Source: Eledone cirrhosa
Taxonomy: Eukaryota
Length of the DNA: 64,000 nt
Direction: 5' to 3'
Assembly: GCA_964016885.1 (NCBI GenBank)
Contig: OZ024756.1
Span: 17,608,001 to 17,672,000 of the forward strand
Part shown: one piece after another, positions 63,984-64,000 of the stretch
Layout: each line of letters begins with the position of its first letter
How positions within the stretch are numbered: the stretch's first letter is position 1
Notes under the pieces: model-generated
The model's database searches: none
Told to the model about the DNA's origin: nothing
Seen by the model: the letters and a program-made list of their open reading frames with translations, nothing else
Program-made: the position numbers and the translations under genes

Positions 63984-64000
63984 ATATATATGTGTGTGTG

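Overview
This is AT-rich, repeat-saturated animal genomic DNA, either intergenic or inside a very large intron. The SINE repertoire (tRNA-head/CORE-like and Nin/Deu-domain SINEs) and the microsatellite load point to an octopod cephalopod; this is inference. I find no credible host protein-coding exon. The long ORFs in the track are read-throughs of micro- and minisatellites or of SINE copies. Recognisable content: many SINEs, 3' fragments of RTE, CR1 and probable Tx1/L1 LINEs, TTAA-flanked piggyBac-type MITEs, a Tc1/mariner-type MITE, a hAT-like insertion with an 8-bp TSD, a Helitron-like element, and large minisatellites, two of them grown from an internal SINE unit. The most notable signal is a dense set of short elements sitting in (TA)n tracts. 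They carry type I hammerhead ribozyme folds from about 7 sequence-distinct families, including non-canonical cores and long stem II variants. Many are arranged as foldback palindromes and share a downstream GAGT(A/G)C motif, so they are most consistent with Penelope-like retroelement terminal-repeat remnants or retrozyme-like elements. One foldback also encloses a full 72-nt tRNA-like cloverleaf followed by an oligo-T terminator.
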